A stretch of 64,000 bases of DNA, taken from NCBI RefSeq assembly GCF_964194025.1, contig NC_134468.1:71548001-71612000 (forward strand), in the 5' to 3' direction. Below the pieces are notes generated by a model. It saw only the letters and a program-made list of their open reading frames with translations. It did no database searches and was not told the origin of the DNA. The position numbers were made by a program, and so were the translations under genes. This DNA comes from Convolutriloba macropyga (taxonomy: Eukaryota). Positions 13,329-28,184 of the stretch are shown here, one piece after another (position 1 is the first letter of the stretch; the number at the start of each line of letters is the position of its first letter).

Positions 13329-15935
13329 GGCGCGGTAATGTGCAATCGCACATAAGGTTCCGACCCCGCTCGTCCTCAATTTTCGTATAATTGTCTACCA
13401 AATGAGGAACCAATAGAAAACCCCCAAAAATTCAATTTTTTTTTTCCAAAAAAATGGTGTATGAACAAAAAGGTAGCCTCCAAAGCATATAAATCAATAG
13501 AATATAATTTGACGCATTAGATTGATGAGATCTGCAATTATTAAGAAAGCAAGTTTAGACGAACCGCAAAAGCAAAGAATAACAACAAACATTAATTAGA
13601 CCCAAAACTTTATATCCATTTTGAAAAAAAGCTTAGTAAAAAAGTCAAATTGGCGTCAGATAAAACTCAAAATGAACAAAATAACTTGTACTTCACTAGA
13701 AAAGGCTGAGGACCAGTCTGTAGCAAGGCTCATTGACAATTAGACAAAAAAGAACAAAAACATTAGAGTTAGAAATTTTGATTATACATTTTAAATCAAT
13801 TAATTTCAAAGTAAGGAAAACCAAAAGAAATCAACTGAAGACATCCCATAGGTTTATGATTACATATGTTTTTATAGGAGAGAAATAAGACCTGCTATTA
13901 TTCAGTTTTTTTCTGCGGTCACAAAAAGATCAACAATTTAGACGATCAACAAAATTCCAATTAAAACTTGCCAGAAAACGTTGTCAAAGCCATTAGGATT
14001 TTTGCCCGTTAAAATATGTTCAATTTCGCCTTTGTTCAGAAACCAAAATGCGGTAAGATGAACTTTTCTTTTATGAGACTAGGTAACGAGTAGACAAAAA
14101 GGAAAAAAGGTCCAAATTAATAATATTTTTTGTATTTTTAGAAAAAAAAACTATTTCCATGGTCATGAAAGCCGTTAGCTACAACAAGAAATAATTAAAT
14201 AGGTTTGCTAATTTGTCCAAAAAAAAGTCCCTTGGACCATTAGCTATTAAGGATCTGTCTTAAGTCTAGAAAAAGAACTTCAAATGTGACAAAAACAAAA
14301 AAAAACTTAATTTTTTTTGTGTGAAAAACCTGTGTCGAAGCTATTAAAGTCATAACGAATTCGTTAAAAACTTTAGATATTGTGACAACAATCCCTTGTG
14401 ACACTTTCCCTGGACACCAATAATGTCATATATGAGCTGCGATTAACCAATCTAGGTAACAATTAGACAACAAAATGAAAAAATTGCGAAGTTCGAATGC
14501 GTTGTTTTTTTAAACCAATTGTTTTCAAAGTCAAGAAAATCAGCAGCTATCTAGTAAAGTCAGAATATCGGGTCATCTATTCTACCATTAAAAGCCCGTG
14601 AAACCTGTAATTATACAGGAAATTCAATACTACTTAAAATACATCGTAAAAACGACAGTTAAAGACATTTTAAAAATTTCAATTAAATTCTTCGAGAAAG
14701 TGGTGTCGAAGCCGTTAACACCATAATTCATATCCCAGTTTTTGATATGGTTAATTGTGCTTTGTGTTGAAAGCCAATAGCGAACTGTAAATAATGTGAT
14801 AATGTGACTAAACGAGAAAACGTGAAAAATGGGCAACTGCCTAAAAATCAAAACAAAATTGTGAAATCTAGTAGTATCAAAGCCAGAAAACCATGACTTG
14901 CGGCTTGAAACCGCAATGAAGGTTAAAGTTTCCTCGAGCAGAAAGAAAAACCTTTTTTTGTCTGCTGACACTAAGCTGTATGCTAACCGAATGAAAAAAA
15001 AGTAGAGGCAAAGTTCAAAAAGCCTTTATTTATATGAAAACCAACTCTTTTAAAAAACGAAAGGACTAAAAGTTTTCACGTAAAATTTTAGATACAGTAA
15101 TTTGGAGCTGCCTATGAAGTCAATTGGACATATCGTCAGTGCGCTTTGATGTGAAATGTTCTTTTTTTAAATTTATATTAAAAAGATCGATTTTTTGAAA
15201 AAGACCGACTGATTACAATCGGAAGTATTTTCGGATTTTCACAGGTCAAGTTTAGTCGAGAACTAGCCCTGCTAGTGCTATTCATCCTTTATGGACTAAT
15301 TTTTTCAAAATTATAGATATAGATAATTTGTTATTTAAAAAATCAAAAACAAATGCTACGTTTTTGGTAATCAACGAGTAAAGTTAGCAAATAACGGCAA
15401 AATTGCAATTACCGAGCACTCTCGATAAAAGTGGAAGTTAGACTCGCCTTCCTTTTGAGTTTACAAAGATGGTTTTAGTTGTTTCTGTGCGTTTATTTCC
15501 GGAAAATTCAATCAAATTGGACTAAAGACACCTATTTCGTGCTAATTTTGATGAGAAAGGCTGAATTTTGTAATATTTAGCCGCGATTTTTGCCAAAAAA
15601 ATTAATTCAAAGCAGTCAAGAAAACTTTTTCCATCTTTAAAAATGAAATCAACATCACTGTGTTTAAAAAATTTAACAAATTTTTTGTCAAAGTTGACGA
15701 AAGTTTAGGCAAAAACTCCGGAAAATGTTAATAGAAATAGCGCAATTTGGTCTAATATTCACAAAAATTAGCACATCGATAACTCGTTCTGGAAAATGAA
15801 ACTCAGGAAAACCTTTTTAATTCCATATTCTAAGCTGGACGGACTTTTTAATGATAACACAACTGTCTACGATGAATGTATCGATCGGTCAAAATTGTCA
15901 GCACGAAAAAACCCATTTGAGTATATAGTTCCCCC
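13329..15935 (+). repeat. Old interspersed repeat, copy 2
   Basis: Same 5' signature as 8670 and 63145. ATTACCGAGC near 15409 is the reverse complement of the 5' GCTCGGTAAT and may be a TIR end. Boundaries approximate. Confidence 0.55.
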
Positions 15936-16968
15936 GCCCCCTAAAGAGGGGTGGGAACAAAAATCCAAATGAGTTTAGTTTCTCAATACTAAACTAGTCG
16001 AAATTTTGATTTTGCTACCTTATTTTTTTCGTTTGCTATGTTTTAATAACGTTTTTGATTACATTTTCTTTGTTCAGATATAAAGGATATCATTGCTTGA
16101 ACATTATTATTCTGCTGTAACCATATAAGTTCTGCTGAAACCATCTATAATTTTCAGACTATTAATTGGCGAAAATGTCGACAGAGCTAAGAAAAGCAAA
16201 TCCATCAAATTAAAAGTAAACTGAAATTGTTAATGGTGGGACGCGATCTTTATAATATTTTTGTATAAAAAATTGTTTATTACGCATTTCTTTTTGTTTC
16301 CTTTTAAGTAATCGCAATCGGAGAAAAAATTCTCAACAAATAAGCACTCAATTTCGCGATCTGACTTTTGCGAGAAAGATTGACGTAGTTCACACGTAGT
16401 GGAAGTAGTAAAACTCTTTATTCTATGTTTAATTACAGTTTGGTGTTTTCAAGTTTTAATTCAATACACTTTTTTGATTTTTTGAAACTTTAGGCGATAT
16501 TGCACAAAACAATATTTTCATATCCTCAGAGTTTTTAAGATCTCATCAGAAAGAGTATTGGTCTTGTAAGATTCCACATCAATGCGGTAAACTTATAAAC
16601 AAGTTTTTTGCAAGTTAATACTGATATGAGTTCCTACACGACCAAGATTCGTCCTCCTGAGGCCTTTAACGAAAAAGTCCTGTGCAGCGAAATTTTATGC
16701 GCGATATATCTTCTAAATCCTCAAAATCTGGTTGATAACTGGAAAAGATGCCAGTATTAAATTGAGTCTAACTTACAAGACAAAACACAAAAGAGGAAGC
16801 AATTATAATTGCTCAGCGCTATACAGCTAGAGATCTCACCTTGGCCAACTGAAAGCAAATACAAAACTCGGAATATTTTTATTTGCGCTAATTTGCATCA
16901 CCTTATCACCTTTCCAATGAATCTCATTTTCTTTACTCTGTTGACGTAACAGCAATAGGTTTCCAGTA

Positions 16969-18311
16969 CCCGTACTTAACGCCAAGTCAATACCAGTACT
17001 GGGAAAGTCTAATTCCAAGTCTAAGTATCAGTACTGATCATAACACATTTAAGACTTGTCAGACTTGGCCAAGACTTGGCAAGTCTTAATCCAATTCTTG
17101 GCCAAGACTTGGCAAGTCTTAATCCAAGTCTTGGCCAAGACTTGCCAAGTCTTAATCCAAGTAATGGCCAAGACCTGCCAAGTCTTAATCCAAGTTTCAA
17201 TAGCCGAAAAAAACGTCAAAAAGAGCAAAAAAACGTCAAAATTGGCAAAAAAAAATCAAAAATAGGCAAAAAAGGCCAGCGAGCTGTGGGTCTCAAGACA
17301 CTAGGACCTATCAGGTACCTCATGCTCGTTCGCTACTAACTTTTTTGTAATCGGAATCAAATTTTGAGTATTAACGCATTGATTAGCACACATGAATAAG
17401 CTAACTCATATTAAAAATGAGCTTCCTAGGTGCACTCAAAAAAAGTTATTAGAGAACGAGCACCAGGCATACCTCATTTTTCGGAAATACAGTACTTGAA
17501 ATCCAGAATTCTGACCAAAGTATAAATTGGATCGGGACGGGCCGTAGCTCATTCAATTGCCCGGAAAATGAGCTTACAATTCATAACTCATTTCCGATTA
17601 TAAACCATATTTATACCGTTATAGCCGGGTTATAAACAGTGTTATAAACAGTGATATAAACAGTTCTAGCTGGTTAGTTGTAACTAGTTTTACTAGCACT
17701 AACAGATGGCAAGATTGGCTCATGAGCAAGTTCATATTGAGAGACATCTCTCGGCGCTTGTGCGGGCTGATTTGTAGTACTTTGCACTAAAATAGGGTCC
17801 ACTTGGTGCTGAAAAATGGGACCTCGGGCTATCATGGGGGCCCTCACAGTAGCACCCTTTTTGACATTTTTGCCTCGACTCAAGTTCGACATTTGGTTTA
17901 TCTTAAAAGTACATAAATTGGGTAATTTAGGCTATTTTAGGGGCTGAAACGGCTGAAAAATGGCTGAAAACGGCCCAGAACACCTGAAATACCCTCAAAT
18001 GACCCTCCCGGGAAGCTAATAAAAACCTAATAAACAATTTGGTATGCTCCCGGCATTGTTTTTTTAAGCACCACCCCGGGAAAGTGCTCAAAAATTAATG
18101 CCGAAATCGTGGCACGTTGCAAAATTTTCACTCGAATTTTTTTGAAAAGTTGATTTTTACTTGGAAATCAACTTGAAAGTGTTACGCAAGTCTTTGCAAG
18201 ACTTGTCAGACTTGTGAGACTTTTTTTGAGACTTGCCCAGTTTTAGAAAATGGAATAAGACTTGGATTTAGACTTGCCTAGTACTGATATAGACTTGGAG
18301 TTCGGTACGGG
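16969..18311. mobile_element. Non-autonomous DNA transposon (MITE-like) with about 54-bp imperfect TIRs and TA target duplication
   Basis: TA|CCCGTACTTAACGCCAAGTCAATACCAGTACT... versus ...AGTACTGATATAGACTTGGAGTTCGGTACGGG|TA; no transposase ORF. Confidence 0.8.
17065..17195. repeat. 33-bp subterminal tandem repeat (about 4 units) inside the MITE
   Basis: TTGGCCAAGACTTGGCAAGTCTTAATCCAAGTC repeated; explains ORFs 17056 and 17076. Confidence 0.85.
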
Positions 18312-19844
18312 TAGTCTTTTATAGTCAAATAAAAACAGAAATTCGTTACTGATAGGTCTATAGGTCATTGTTTTTTCTTGTGAAATGAAAAATTTTCAGA
18401 GCAAGAAGTGTGCCCTGTAAACTCTCATTATTTCTGTTTAATTCTGATTATTGATTTTCAAGATATTTTCATAACTATGAATCGGAAAAAGTTATAATAT
18501 CATCCTTTAAAAAACCTCAGGCAGCAAATAGTCAGATTGTCTATCCTAAAAATTCAATTAAAGCGGATTGCATATCCAGTAAATGCTGAGAGAATCTCAC
18601 TTGTTAAAAAAATAGAAAAAAATTGTCAAATTTTTATCACATCATAAAAGAAAAAATTAGTAGAACATTCCTCTCGGTTGAAATATACAATTTTCATTAT
18701 TGCAATTATAAACTCAATTTACAAATATATTCTTGATTAAACATCTACGTCAAGATAAACTGGATGATGTTATTAACACCGTTGGAAAGTTATTTGAACC
18801 GAAATGTGTATTTGCTGATTCATCGGTATGAAACAAACAGCGCGTCCTGAGATTTCAAAAAGAAAGGAACATCAATTTACAACTACTTTCTATCTAAAAC
18901 AAATTCCATTTGTTCCACGTCAACATAAGTGTTTGTACATGCACACAAAAGGTTAAAATATGCCCGCTGGAGGTTGAAAGGACAGAATTGAGCAGACGTT
19001 ACTTAAGTGCATATTCTAAGTCTCTAAGTCCTTCAAGTTTTTTTTTACAATGATGGAGTTTTCGAACTCAATTGCTCCTCTTTCGTCCCCCGCTAAATAT
19101 TGTCACGCATCAGGAGAAATATTGTCACCAAATATTGTCATATTGCCACCAAATATCATCAGGATTCGTATCGGGTAAAAATTATAAGGGTTATCATAAG
19201 TCACGATGAGGTGTCATAGATGAGACTTTAAGGGTGTTACATTTACCCAAAAATCTAAAACTGTAGGGGAAATGAGTCTAAGTATTATCCCTTTTAAAAA
19301 AATCAAAATCTATAAAATTAAGGTTGCTGTAATTATCCGTTCCGCTTTTTCTTTCTTCACAGTTTTTCATAAACGAGCGTGAAACAATTCATATAAGTTT
19401 TTTTTTAAAAAAATAATTAATAACGGTTTTTACTTCTTGATGCAATTTTTAGCCTATTAAATGTAACAGTAGGAGCCCCTACCTTTAACTAATATTGAGC
19501 TAATTTGCGACAAAGGGAAAAGACTTTGTATAATTAGCACCTAGTATAACCGTTCCTTGGTCATCATACCCCACACTGTTCGCCCCTCTTTACATGTGAT
19601 AAGGTTAGTTTTGTGGGACTTGAACTAGAGGCCAATGAACCAAATGGTTCACTTTATTTGGTAGGGGCGCTGGCTCGTAATGTACAGATATGAGTATGAG
19701 TACAATAGTGGTAAAATAACATACATATCGATAGTTTTTTTTCAAATGCCGCGGACTGCTGGATAGTGTTAGGGGTGGATCAATTTAGCATGCTGAAAAG
19801 ATTGCCATTTAAGAGTTCAAGTTTATTGAAGAGAATTGATCCAA

Positions 19845-22800
19845 TCATTTTTGAGTGATTGTGGCTATCTGCACATCAGAGTACGCAGGGAGAGTGTTCT
19901 GGTGTGAGTAGGTGCTGTACGCAGGAGGGGCAGCTGCCGGTTGGTTGAAAAAACCAGTGGAGGGAGGAGGGTTCATCGTTGGATTCTGCTGGTAGGTCAC
20001 AGTTGGGTCAGAATGCCTCACTTGGGCACCTGTAATTGTGGAAACATAATTTCTAAATTTTGTATTATCAAAAAATAGTACTTAAAAAATCATGAATCAT
20101 GAAAAGTTATTAAAAAGTATAAAAATATTCTAGATTTTTAAGGGTCATGATGTCAAGTTGAGAACACCAATATTGGTCGATGAGTGTTGTCTTTTTCTCA
20201 TTCTTTTTAATATTTTACTTTTTCCTAGATGAAAAAAGCCATTATTTTGTGATGTGTAATGTGATGGAAAATATTGCTGAAAAAGATCCACGATAATTCC
20301 TGACCAAATTTTGTTTCTTGTGCAGCAATGCAGACGATATATCGTTACACGGCAGAAAATTATCACCTGTATTCTATGCAAAGTTATGCGGCAAAGGTCA
20401 GGCGAGGAAAAGGGAAACAGTGGTTTTAAAATAGTTAAGTCTCTGGAAAACATATAAATATTGAAAATGTAAACTGAATAAAATGCGATGAGTGATAATG
20501 AATAGAAACGGAAAATAATTTTTGTTTTCTTGAACACAATTCACTTCATTACTACATTTGCTTATGTATATGTAGTGAGTAGCAACATAATCGGATGTCA
20601 GAACCAAGCGTGAGAAGAATATCTGCTAATCAAGAAGAAGTCAGAAGATATCAAAACATTTGAAAAGTAAAACAATTCGTTTTTTTAAATCATGCAAGAT
20701 GAAACAAAATTGAAAATAATTTAATGTTTTCGTGATATGTTGATGCAATGCTTTTGCTATTGTGTATCAAGTTTTCACTTTTTTATTGATACCAAATATA
20801 TTTGTAGAATAATATCTTTTTTGAGACATTTTTATGTTTTTTTTCTACTAGTTAGGTAGAATTTTTATCGTACAATATTTTAGAAAAAAATCAAACGAAT
20901 ATCTTGTAAGTTGAAAGGATGGATACCTTGCCAATTTTTTCACATTCAAATGATCAAGTTGAATGAACTGGCAATTTTGCGGAAGAAAAATATGCAAATG
21001 AGAAGTCGCTGCATCAGTTTCTGCAACTACTTGAAATTTAGTTAAAGAAACTGGCCCCAAAATTGTATTTTCAGTTGTGAAAGGAGATTTGTAGTTTTAT
21101 ACACATCAAAAAACTTAGCACAGCGCCGAATAAGGCCTTATTAAATTCTTCAAGGCACATTCTTCAAACTTTTTTCTGGTAGACATTTTTACTTAGTTGT
21201 CGTTGTTGTGTAATACATGTAAATATAATCTACTCACTGGCTGACTTTGCAGCACAGTAGGTGACAAGTCCGATTCCCAGGAAACACATTCCACAGCACA
21301 GCAGTCCCAGGATTATTGTGAAGATCATACCTGCCCTAAACATAAATAATTGTTCAATTCGTCAATGAAGAACCAGCGAATCGACGCGCTTTGACAGAAA
21401 GCGTCAGAACCAAGAGCGTTTCAGAATATTTATAAATTTCTAAAAATTGCCTTTCTCTTTCCATGTTTCCCTATGGTGGTCGTTTTCCATATAATCGCTA
21501 CCCTTCTTCACCGCTTTCTGAAAAACGATGTCACCATATGTGAAGCAACACTATCAATTTTGTGTTTAATTTGTGTTAAAGGAAATAAATAATCCAAGGA
21601 CGCAGTCCTCGGCCCACAACATGTGTGGAACATTAGGAGTTCGACAGCGGACAGGGGTCGACTTCGAAGAGGCCGAAAGTCAGGCATGGGCCAGACCTAA
21701 CAAAATTTGACAGTCCAATCCCAAAATATACAGACTTTGATCACTTTGGCCAGAATGATCAGATGAGGACCCTGGCCGAGATTGCACAGACTCAAAAACA
21801 GACCCGGGGCCAATGATATATCCAGATCTTGCGCCAGACCGAACAGACCCAGACTATGAGCTAAATCGAAGAAGCCCAAGTCAGGTCCGACTTAAACATT
21901 TTATTGACTATATTTAAATATATCTTTCAAAGAGACAAAGATTCTCTCTAGGAATATCCAATTTGTAGACGTAAAACGTTTGTGTTTGCTTTGATCAATC
22001 TATAAAATTTGTTTGGACGCTGTTTAGAGGAAACCATCTTGACATAATGCCTACAGAGATACTCGAACCGAGCTTATTAAGTAAGCAAAAGCACTCAAGG
22101 GCAAGTTAAACGATAAATTTAGAGTAGTATGACAACCTAATATTAAAGCTACTTTTTAATCAAAGCCCGAGTGATTCAAATTTGTCTACATTCTTAGTTA
22201 GATACGTCAATTAAATTATTAGTACGTGAATATCATAGATGAAACTCAAAAATGCACTACCTCACTGTCACCAAATCAGTATTGCGACGTATGTACTGCT
22301 TACAAAAATAACTACAATTTGGCATGAGATTCTTTATGTTTGGTTTGCTACGAATTCGGTAATTGTTATAGAATGTTCAACAAAAGTTCTATATGTTTAA
22401 CATATCTCCACAGACATGAAATTTACACAAAAAAAGACCCCAAGGAAATCTCATCAAAATTCTCTGAGAAAATTCACTGTGAAATGTAAAACCACGTGAG
22501 TAGCAGTACAAGTAGAGGATGAATAACTACCAAAATCAGTTGAAATTTGCAAAATTTTCTTAATAACCAGACACAGAGTGTGTATTTGAAGCACATTTAT
22601 CTGAGCTTAATTTACTTGTTACTGTCTATTTTTATTAACAGTTCTATTGTAACCTAGTATAGTTTCACTAAATAAATGTTTTGTGTAATTAAGTTAACGA
22701 AAAAACGCACAAAACGCAGTTGTTGCAGTTTATAATTGTTAATTTTATTTTTGGGCAGGAACGCGCCAAAATATTAAAACATCGGAGAAATCAGTAATTT

Positions 22801-25800
22801 ATAGTATAGCGTACAAGAAGTTAAGAGCAAACGTAACTAGTGGACACATTTGAAACCAGGAAACCAAACTGGGTTATGTAAATGTTTAATTGTCATTGAT
22901 AAGAGAGGAGATGTTACAACAGATGTTGTAAAACTACATTTTTTTCACGAATAGCTAACCAATAAAGTAAGAATGAACCAAGACAAAAAGGTCAATATAT
23001 AAATATGCATCAGACAAATCTCCAAAATTGGATAGGCACCAAGCCGAATAGACTGAAACACGGGTACGGAACATCAAATGGATGTCTGGACTATGAACTC
23101 GGTTGCAGTGCTCAGTTTGGCCAAGGCTTGGTTCTTTTCGCTGCGGCAGAGATTGCCAAAATTATTTTTTGTCTAGCACGCAATCAAAATCTTTGCAGAC
23201 TGTGCTCGCACAGTCAGCTGGGACATACTTGTCTAGAGTCGTTGACTTCCTGATTCATGTAGGAATAATCCCTTTTCAGATCATCGCTGAATTTTGAATC
23301 GTTGTTGTGGAAGATGTTGTTTATCAACAAAGTATGTTGCCTTCAACTGACATCAAAACTGAATTGTACGATAAATTTTAAGCTGAAAAAAACAAAAACA
23401 AAAAAATATTGAGTAGTGGTGTTTTTTGGTTTCTGCTATCCATTAAACGAAGAATGGCACCAAATTTGATTGGTAGAAAGAACTTATATCTTCAATTTTG
23501 ATCTATACTCAAATCAACAGAATAAGTATTGTAAAGAACCTAGTTTTATATTCGACTTGCAAAATCACACTTCTGAGCACAAAAAATTCGAAATGATGTT
23601 TCTTAGATTCCTATTTTTGTCTTAACTCTCCTAAAAAAATTGTATGGTCATCCTTTTTTTTGAAAATTGAGAACTAATTCATTCAGGATCAAGTTAGATT
23701 CCGCCTTTATTCTACCTGTGTACAAAAGATTTTCTGAAAGAAATTCAGGGAAGAAAGAAATGAGCACGAGGAGGCATGCGATGCTGACTGGATACACTTA
23801 AAAAGAGTTTTCAAATGAATCTCCCGAAAAAGTTTTAAAAAGGGTTTCTTGTATCTAGCTCTGACCACATTATATTATTGACCTAAAACACAATTCAAAT
23901 CTTTGCAATTCGATGAGACCCCAACTCCAAAGCAGCTAAGAGTGTAAGAAAGGAAGTTGAAGTTTTAACTTTAATTTTAGTAACCACCTAGAGTTCTCGT
24001 AAACTATTTGCTACTCCTCCTCATAATAGGGATCTGCTTTTCTCAAACAAAGTTTCAAGCGGCAGTCTTTTGAGCTCTGTTGGCTCAATTATTTAACAAA
24101 CACTAGACCTCAGCGATACCATGTCTCCTTTTCCTATAGGAAAGAAATTAACACACAAAATCAACTGACTCTTGCTATTTTATCCTGACCTCACAAAACA
24201 GTAATGACGATCAGAGTTTTATCTGTGGAAACAAAAATTGATCTGGAACGAAATTCTTAGTACGAAACAAATAAACAAAACGACGAACAATTAATTGGCT
24301 CAGCCAGCAGTAGATGCCATAAAATGGACAAAAAGACAAAAGTCGAATTTTTGTTTAAAAGCAAATCGGTATTTAGAATCAAATTCAATATCTGCAGCTA
24401 AAATACAAACTTCTGCGACTGTCATTCATTTGTCATCAGATTTTTTTCTAACAGTTGGTGGTATTAAATAATATTTGACTCAAATAATTCAATAGTTAAT
24501 TGCTTTTTGGTGATGTTTTCACGAAATATGCATGGGTTTTGGAACAGTGGATGTCCTAAGTTGCTTGCGATAATGAGTGGATGTGATCTGGAAAATGTTT
24601 GTCAACAAACACTTTCCAGCGTTGAAAGCCGGGAAGAAACCAACAAAACTGGAATCATAACATGAAGTGGTGGACATTGATTGGATACTTGGACTCTGAG
24701 AGGAATTCGGCATATGTGACGTGTTATAAAGCCGTGCAGTAGTACCCCAAAAATTTACTGGCGCTGTTTATTTGTTTGTTAGTTTTTGTCATTATAGTCG
24801 TTTTTTTTCATGTTTGAATCATAAACTCACAAAAATAAAATTAAGGAGTACGATTGCGTGACCAATTTGGTTGATTAATTGAAATTAATGAAATTACATG
24901 TTTCAAAGGACACCACACGTAAAGAGAGATAAATTGATGCCCCAATTCTGGGTAATTAAATGGCTGTAATGAGAACAAAAAATTTCGAGAATTGAATTTA
25001 CTACCTATTGGCAAAAGCTGCCTTAATAATAGAAATCCAGAATTATTTACCAGAAATGGTACANNNNNNNNNNNNNNNNNNNNNNNNNNNNNNNNNNNNN
25101 NNNNNNNNNNNNNNNNNNNNNNNNNNNNNNNNNNNNNNNNNNNNNNNNNNNNNNNNNNNNNNNNNNNNNNNNNNNNNNNNNNNNNNNNNNNNNNNNNNNN
25201 NNNNNNNNNNNNNNNNNNNNNNNNNNNNNNNNNNNNNNNNNNNNNNNNNNNNNNNNNNNNNNNNNNNNNNNATACATACACAGTGAGACATCCCTCCCGA
25301 CACTTTCCATCGCAGCAGACATTCTTCTCTTCCCCCCTCAAAATTGATCTCCATCTACACTCGTAGTCCTCCTTACATTCGCCAATAACCTCCGTTGGCT
25401 CGTCCCATTCAATGTATTCGTCTTCATCATAGCCTCCCTTGTAGCCTTTGCGACCATGGTGATCATCATCAGCTTCATCATCGTCATCACGATCGCGTTG
25501 TCGACGTTCGGCGAGGGCGCCCGAAACCAGAAGAATCAGGGCAAGGTTTACAACTGAAAGACGCAACAGCTCACAGAGTTAATCTATTATGAGTTATTAG
25601 CCGCAACGTTGACTACCATTGTACGTTGTACGTTGTTGATATGTTTTTTTCGGATCTTTTTCCGGTCGGTCAACACTAGTACACTCTCCACCTCCCAGTT
25701 ATAGAACACGTTCTATTTTAGTATACACATGAGCAAATAATATGCACCCAATAAGATGGGGGAGGGGGCGGATGTTTTCCTAGCGCCAAACATTTAAAGA

Positions 25801-27074
25801 TATAACGATATTTGCGCGTGCTCCAAGAACTGAAGTCTTTACACTTTCATCAAAAAGATTATATGGATAACCATAGATTTATAACAACATATTGGCTGCG
25901 AGAAATCATGCTAAGAGTTGTACTGTCTTGCAAAATAATTTTTCCAAAAACTGCGCGAGTACATAGACTTTTAAACTTTTAAATATTTTCTCAATGAGTG
26001 CGCTAGAAAAATTGCGCTAATTCACTTCATAAATTGCTGACAAAAAGCTGCGCGTAAAGTTCGTTTAACTTCATTATTGTCAGTACTCTGAATAAGAACA
26101 TCAGAGCTCTTTTAGCTATAGACTCACATTGTAAGTTTGAACCAATTATATCCATTAGTCACAACAAATTTACTATAATTGCGAAGTTACCAGGGTACCT
26201 CCATTCTGGTACGCCACGTGACCTAGTTGTGTAGATTACTACAAGTATATGATTTGATATGATTTCACACTCTTGACCGTACTCGATTTCTTAGTACGAT
26301 CCTACCATGAAAGCAAAGAAGTCATACATGATCCTCGCATGAAATCCAATTTTTATATATGACCCCAGTATTAGGTCAACCCAGTGAAACAAAACTTGAT
26401 ACAACTTGCCATGTCATGCAAGGGCTTGAAAACTCTTGCAAAACTTAGCAGTTTTTTTAAGCGACTTTTTTTAAGCGAAAATTTTCCGACAGTTGTTGCA
26501 TAATCTTATTACTTCTTGTTTTCAAATCCCTAAAACTTGACAAATCTTGCTAAGACCTTTCTTGCTAAGATTCTTTTTTGTTTATCTTATCAAGATATTA
26601 TTTCTTGAATCTCTTGCAAAGGTCTTGCACGACCGTACATACCTTGAAGTTTTCTTACTAAGAACCTTACCAAGATCTTATCAAGATTTGTCAAGTTTTA
26701 ATAAGCTTCTTATCAAGATGTTTCAAGTTTCATTTCACCGGGGAAGAACTCATTGACGAGCGGACTATTCACGAAACGCATTCGTATATGACTAAGATTA
26801 CTAAGAATCATATATGACCGAGTATGACTACTAAGACTACATACATATGATGGTCGACCCGGGAATTGATTTACCTCAATTTGGCAATTAGCAGTTTCAA
26901 AATTTCCAGAAGTCAAAAATTTTATTGGACCAGACATTGAGACATATACTTGAGTTTGATCCACAAAAAAGCCTTCATTAAAACTTCTGAAGTGTAGACA
27001 TCTGTAAACAATTAAATACAAACACAGAAAAAAACGAAAAACAATAACTTACCAAGTGTGTTTTTGTAGTTCAT
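19845..27074 (-). CDS. Shisa/WBP1-like type I membrane protein, paralog B (about 192 aa, 4 exons: 27074-27053, 25553-25280, 21335-21238, 20029-19845)
   Basis: Donors GTAAGT/GTATGT/GTGAGT and acceptors TTTCAG/TTTAG/TACAG give phases 1,2,1. Product: MNYKNTLVVNLALILLVSGALA signal; CKEDYECRWRSIL..CCDGKCREGC module; 98-nt TM exon (same length as in paralog A); tail with PPAY and LPAY. AATAAA lies about 18 nt after the stop. Intron 2 spans the assembly gap. Confidence 0.85.
25064..25271. other. Assembly gap (208 N)
   Basis: Run of n characters. Confidence 1.
26380..26742. mobile_element. MITE with 20-bp imperfect TIRs in intron 1 of paralog B
   Basis: CCCAGTGAAACAAAACTTGA ... TCAAGTTTCATTTCACCGGG. 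The interior is rich in TCTTGCAAG-type motifs, also seen at about 2470-2890, 49070-49270 and 54290-54470. Confidence 0.6.
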
Positions 27075-28184
27075 TTTTTTATACTGGTATAAAAAGTAGA
27101 GTAACGGCGGCGAAAATGGACAAAACTGAAACACTGAAACGTGTTAGAGCAAGCTTACAAGTTTTGCTGCAAATCGATATAGTTTAAATCGATTCTCAAA
27201 TATGCTATGCGTATGAATGAATTATAGAACTATTGTATCTAGCTCGATTTTACTTTTCAATTGATACAAGCTCAGCTTTAACACACTCGACAAGGAAATA
27301 AAAAACTAATTTTATTTGTGCACAGTACATTTAGCAAAGTGCCTTTTTCCTCATTTCTCAAGTGCCTCTTATATTATATTGTGCTACAACAAAAATGGAC
27401 AAATAAATATAAAAACGCACGGCTTCCTTTTTCATTCTGGTTTTTTAAAATGTTTTCTAGGCTAACATTTTTTCATAATCATAAGTCAAATAAGTCACTA
27501 AAAGGAGGTATATTCTAAACTGAGAATATCCTCAAAATATAATACCCATAAACTGTCAGAAATAACATTTTTAAAATGAAGATGAGTGCAAACATAAAAA
27601 CCAGGAAGCAAGTATGAAACTTGTACAAAGTTTAATAAGATCAGCAAAAGACACGCTTTGCTTCCCTACGAGGATAAACTACTTGAAGCCGCGACATTTA
27701 AGTTGAAACTGAAATTGTTCACAGTTGATTAATTGTCAACAAAATGTTGAAAGTCAACTAATTCACAAAATAAAACTGATGACGTGGGTTCGGCTCCACT
27801 AAGCTGAAAAATAATTTGCTCTCTTTTCAATTTCCATATTTGGTCTGGATTAGAAAATTTTTGTATTTGTGTGTTCAATCTTTAATTGAAGCTTCTCAAA
27901 AAGGAAAAAATGCTTTTTTTGTGTTGAAAAAAAGCTGATTAAAAAATTGCTGAGCAGCATTTTGGACAGATGATATAAATCATTATAAATGACAGCAGGA
28001 AAAAACCTTCACTGTTAATTGTCCCACGGTTGGAAGGGAGAAGTTTCTAAGCAGCCGTGAGTTGTGCACGTCGAAACTCTTTTTGGGTTGTTAATACCTG
28101 GAGTATAGCCTCATGGTAATGTACTGAGTCAGTGCATTCCAATAGTAAAATCAATTTGCAGTATTGATTAATTATAAACCAAGT

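Noticed and set aside
8324-16900. Numerous 60-110-aa K/N/F-rich ORFs
   Set aside because: They lie in old AT-rich repeats, show no domain signal or consistent strand, and have composition expected by chance.
23005-23345. Coding-like GC-richer patch in intron 2 of paralog B
   Set aside because: Stops in the minus-strand frames examined and no recognisable motif in the track ORFs; possibly an old TE fragment but unsupported.
24841-25366. ORFs spanning the N run
   Set aside because: Artefacts of the assembly gap; the real exon ends at the GTATGT donor (25279).
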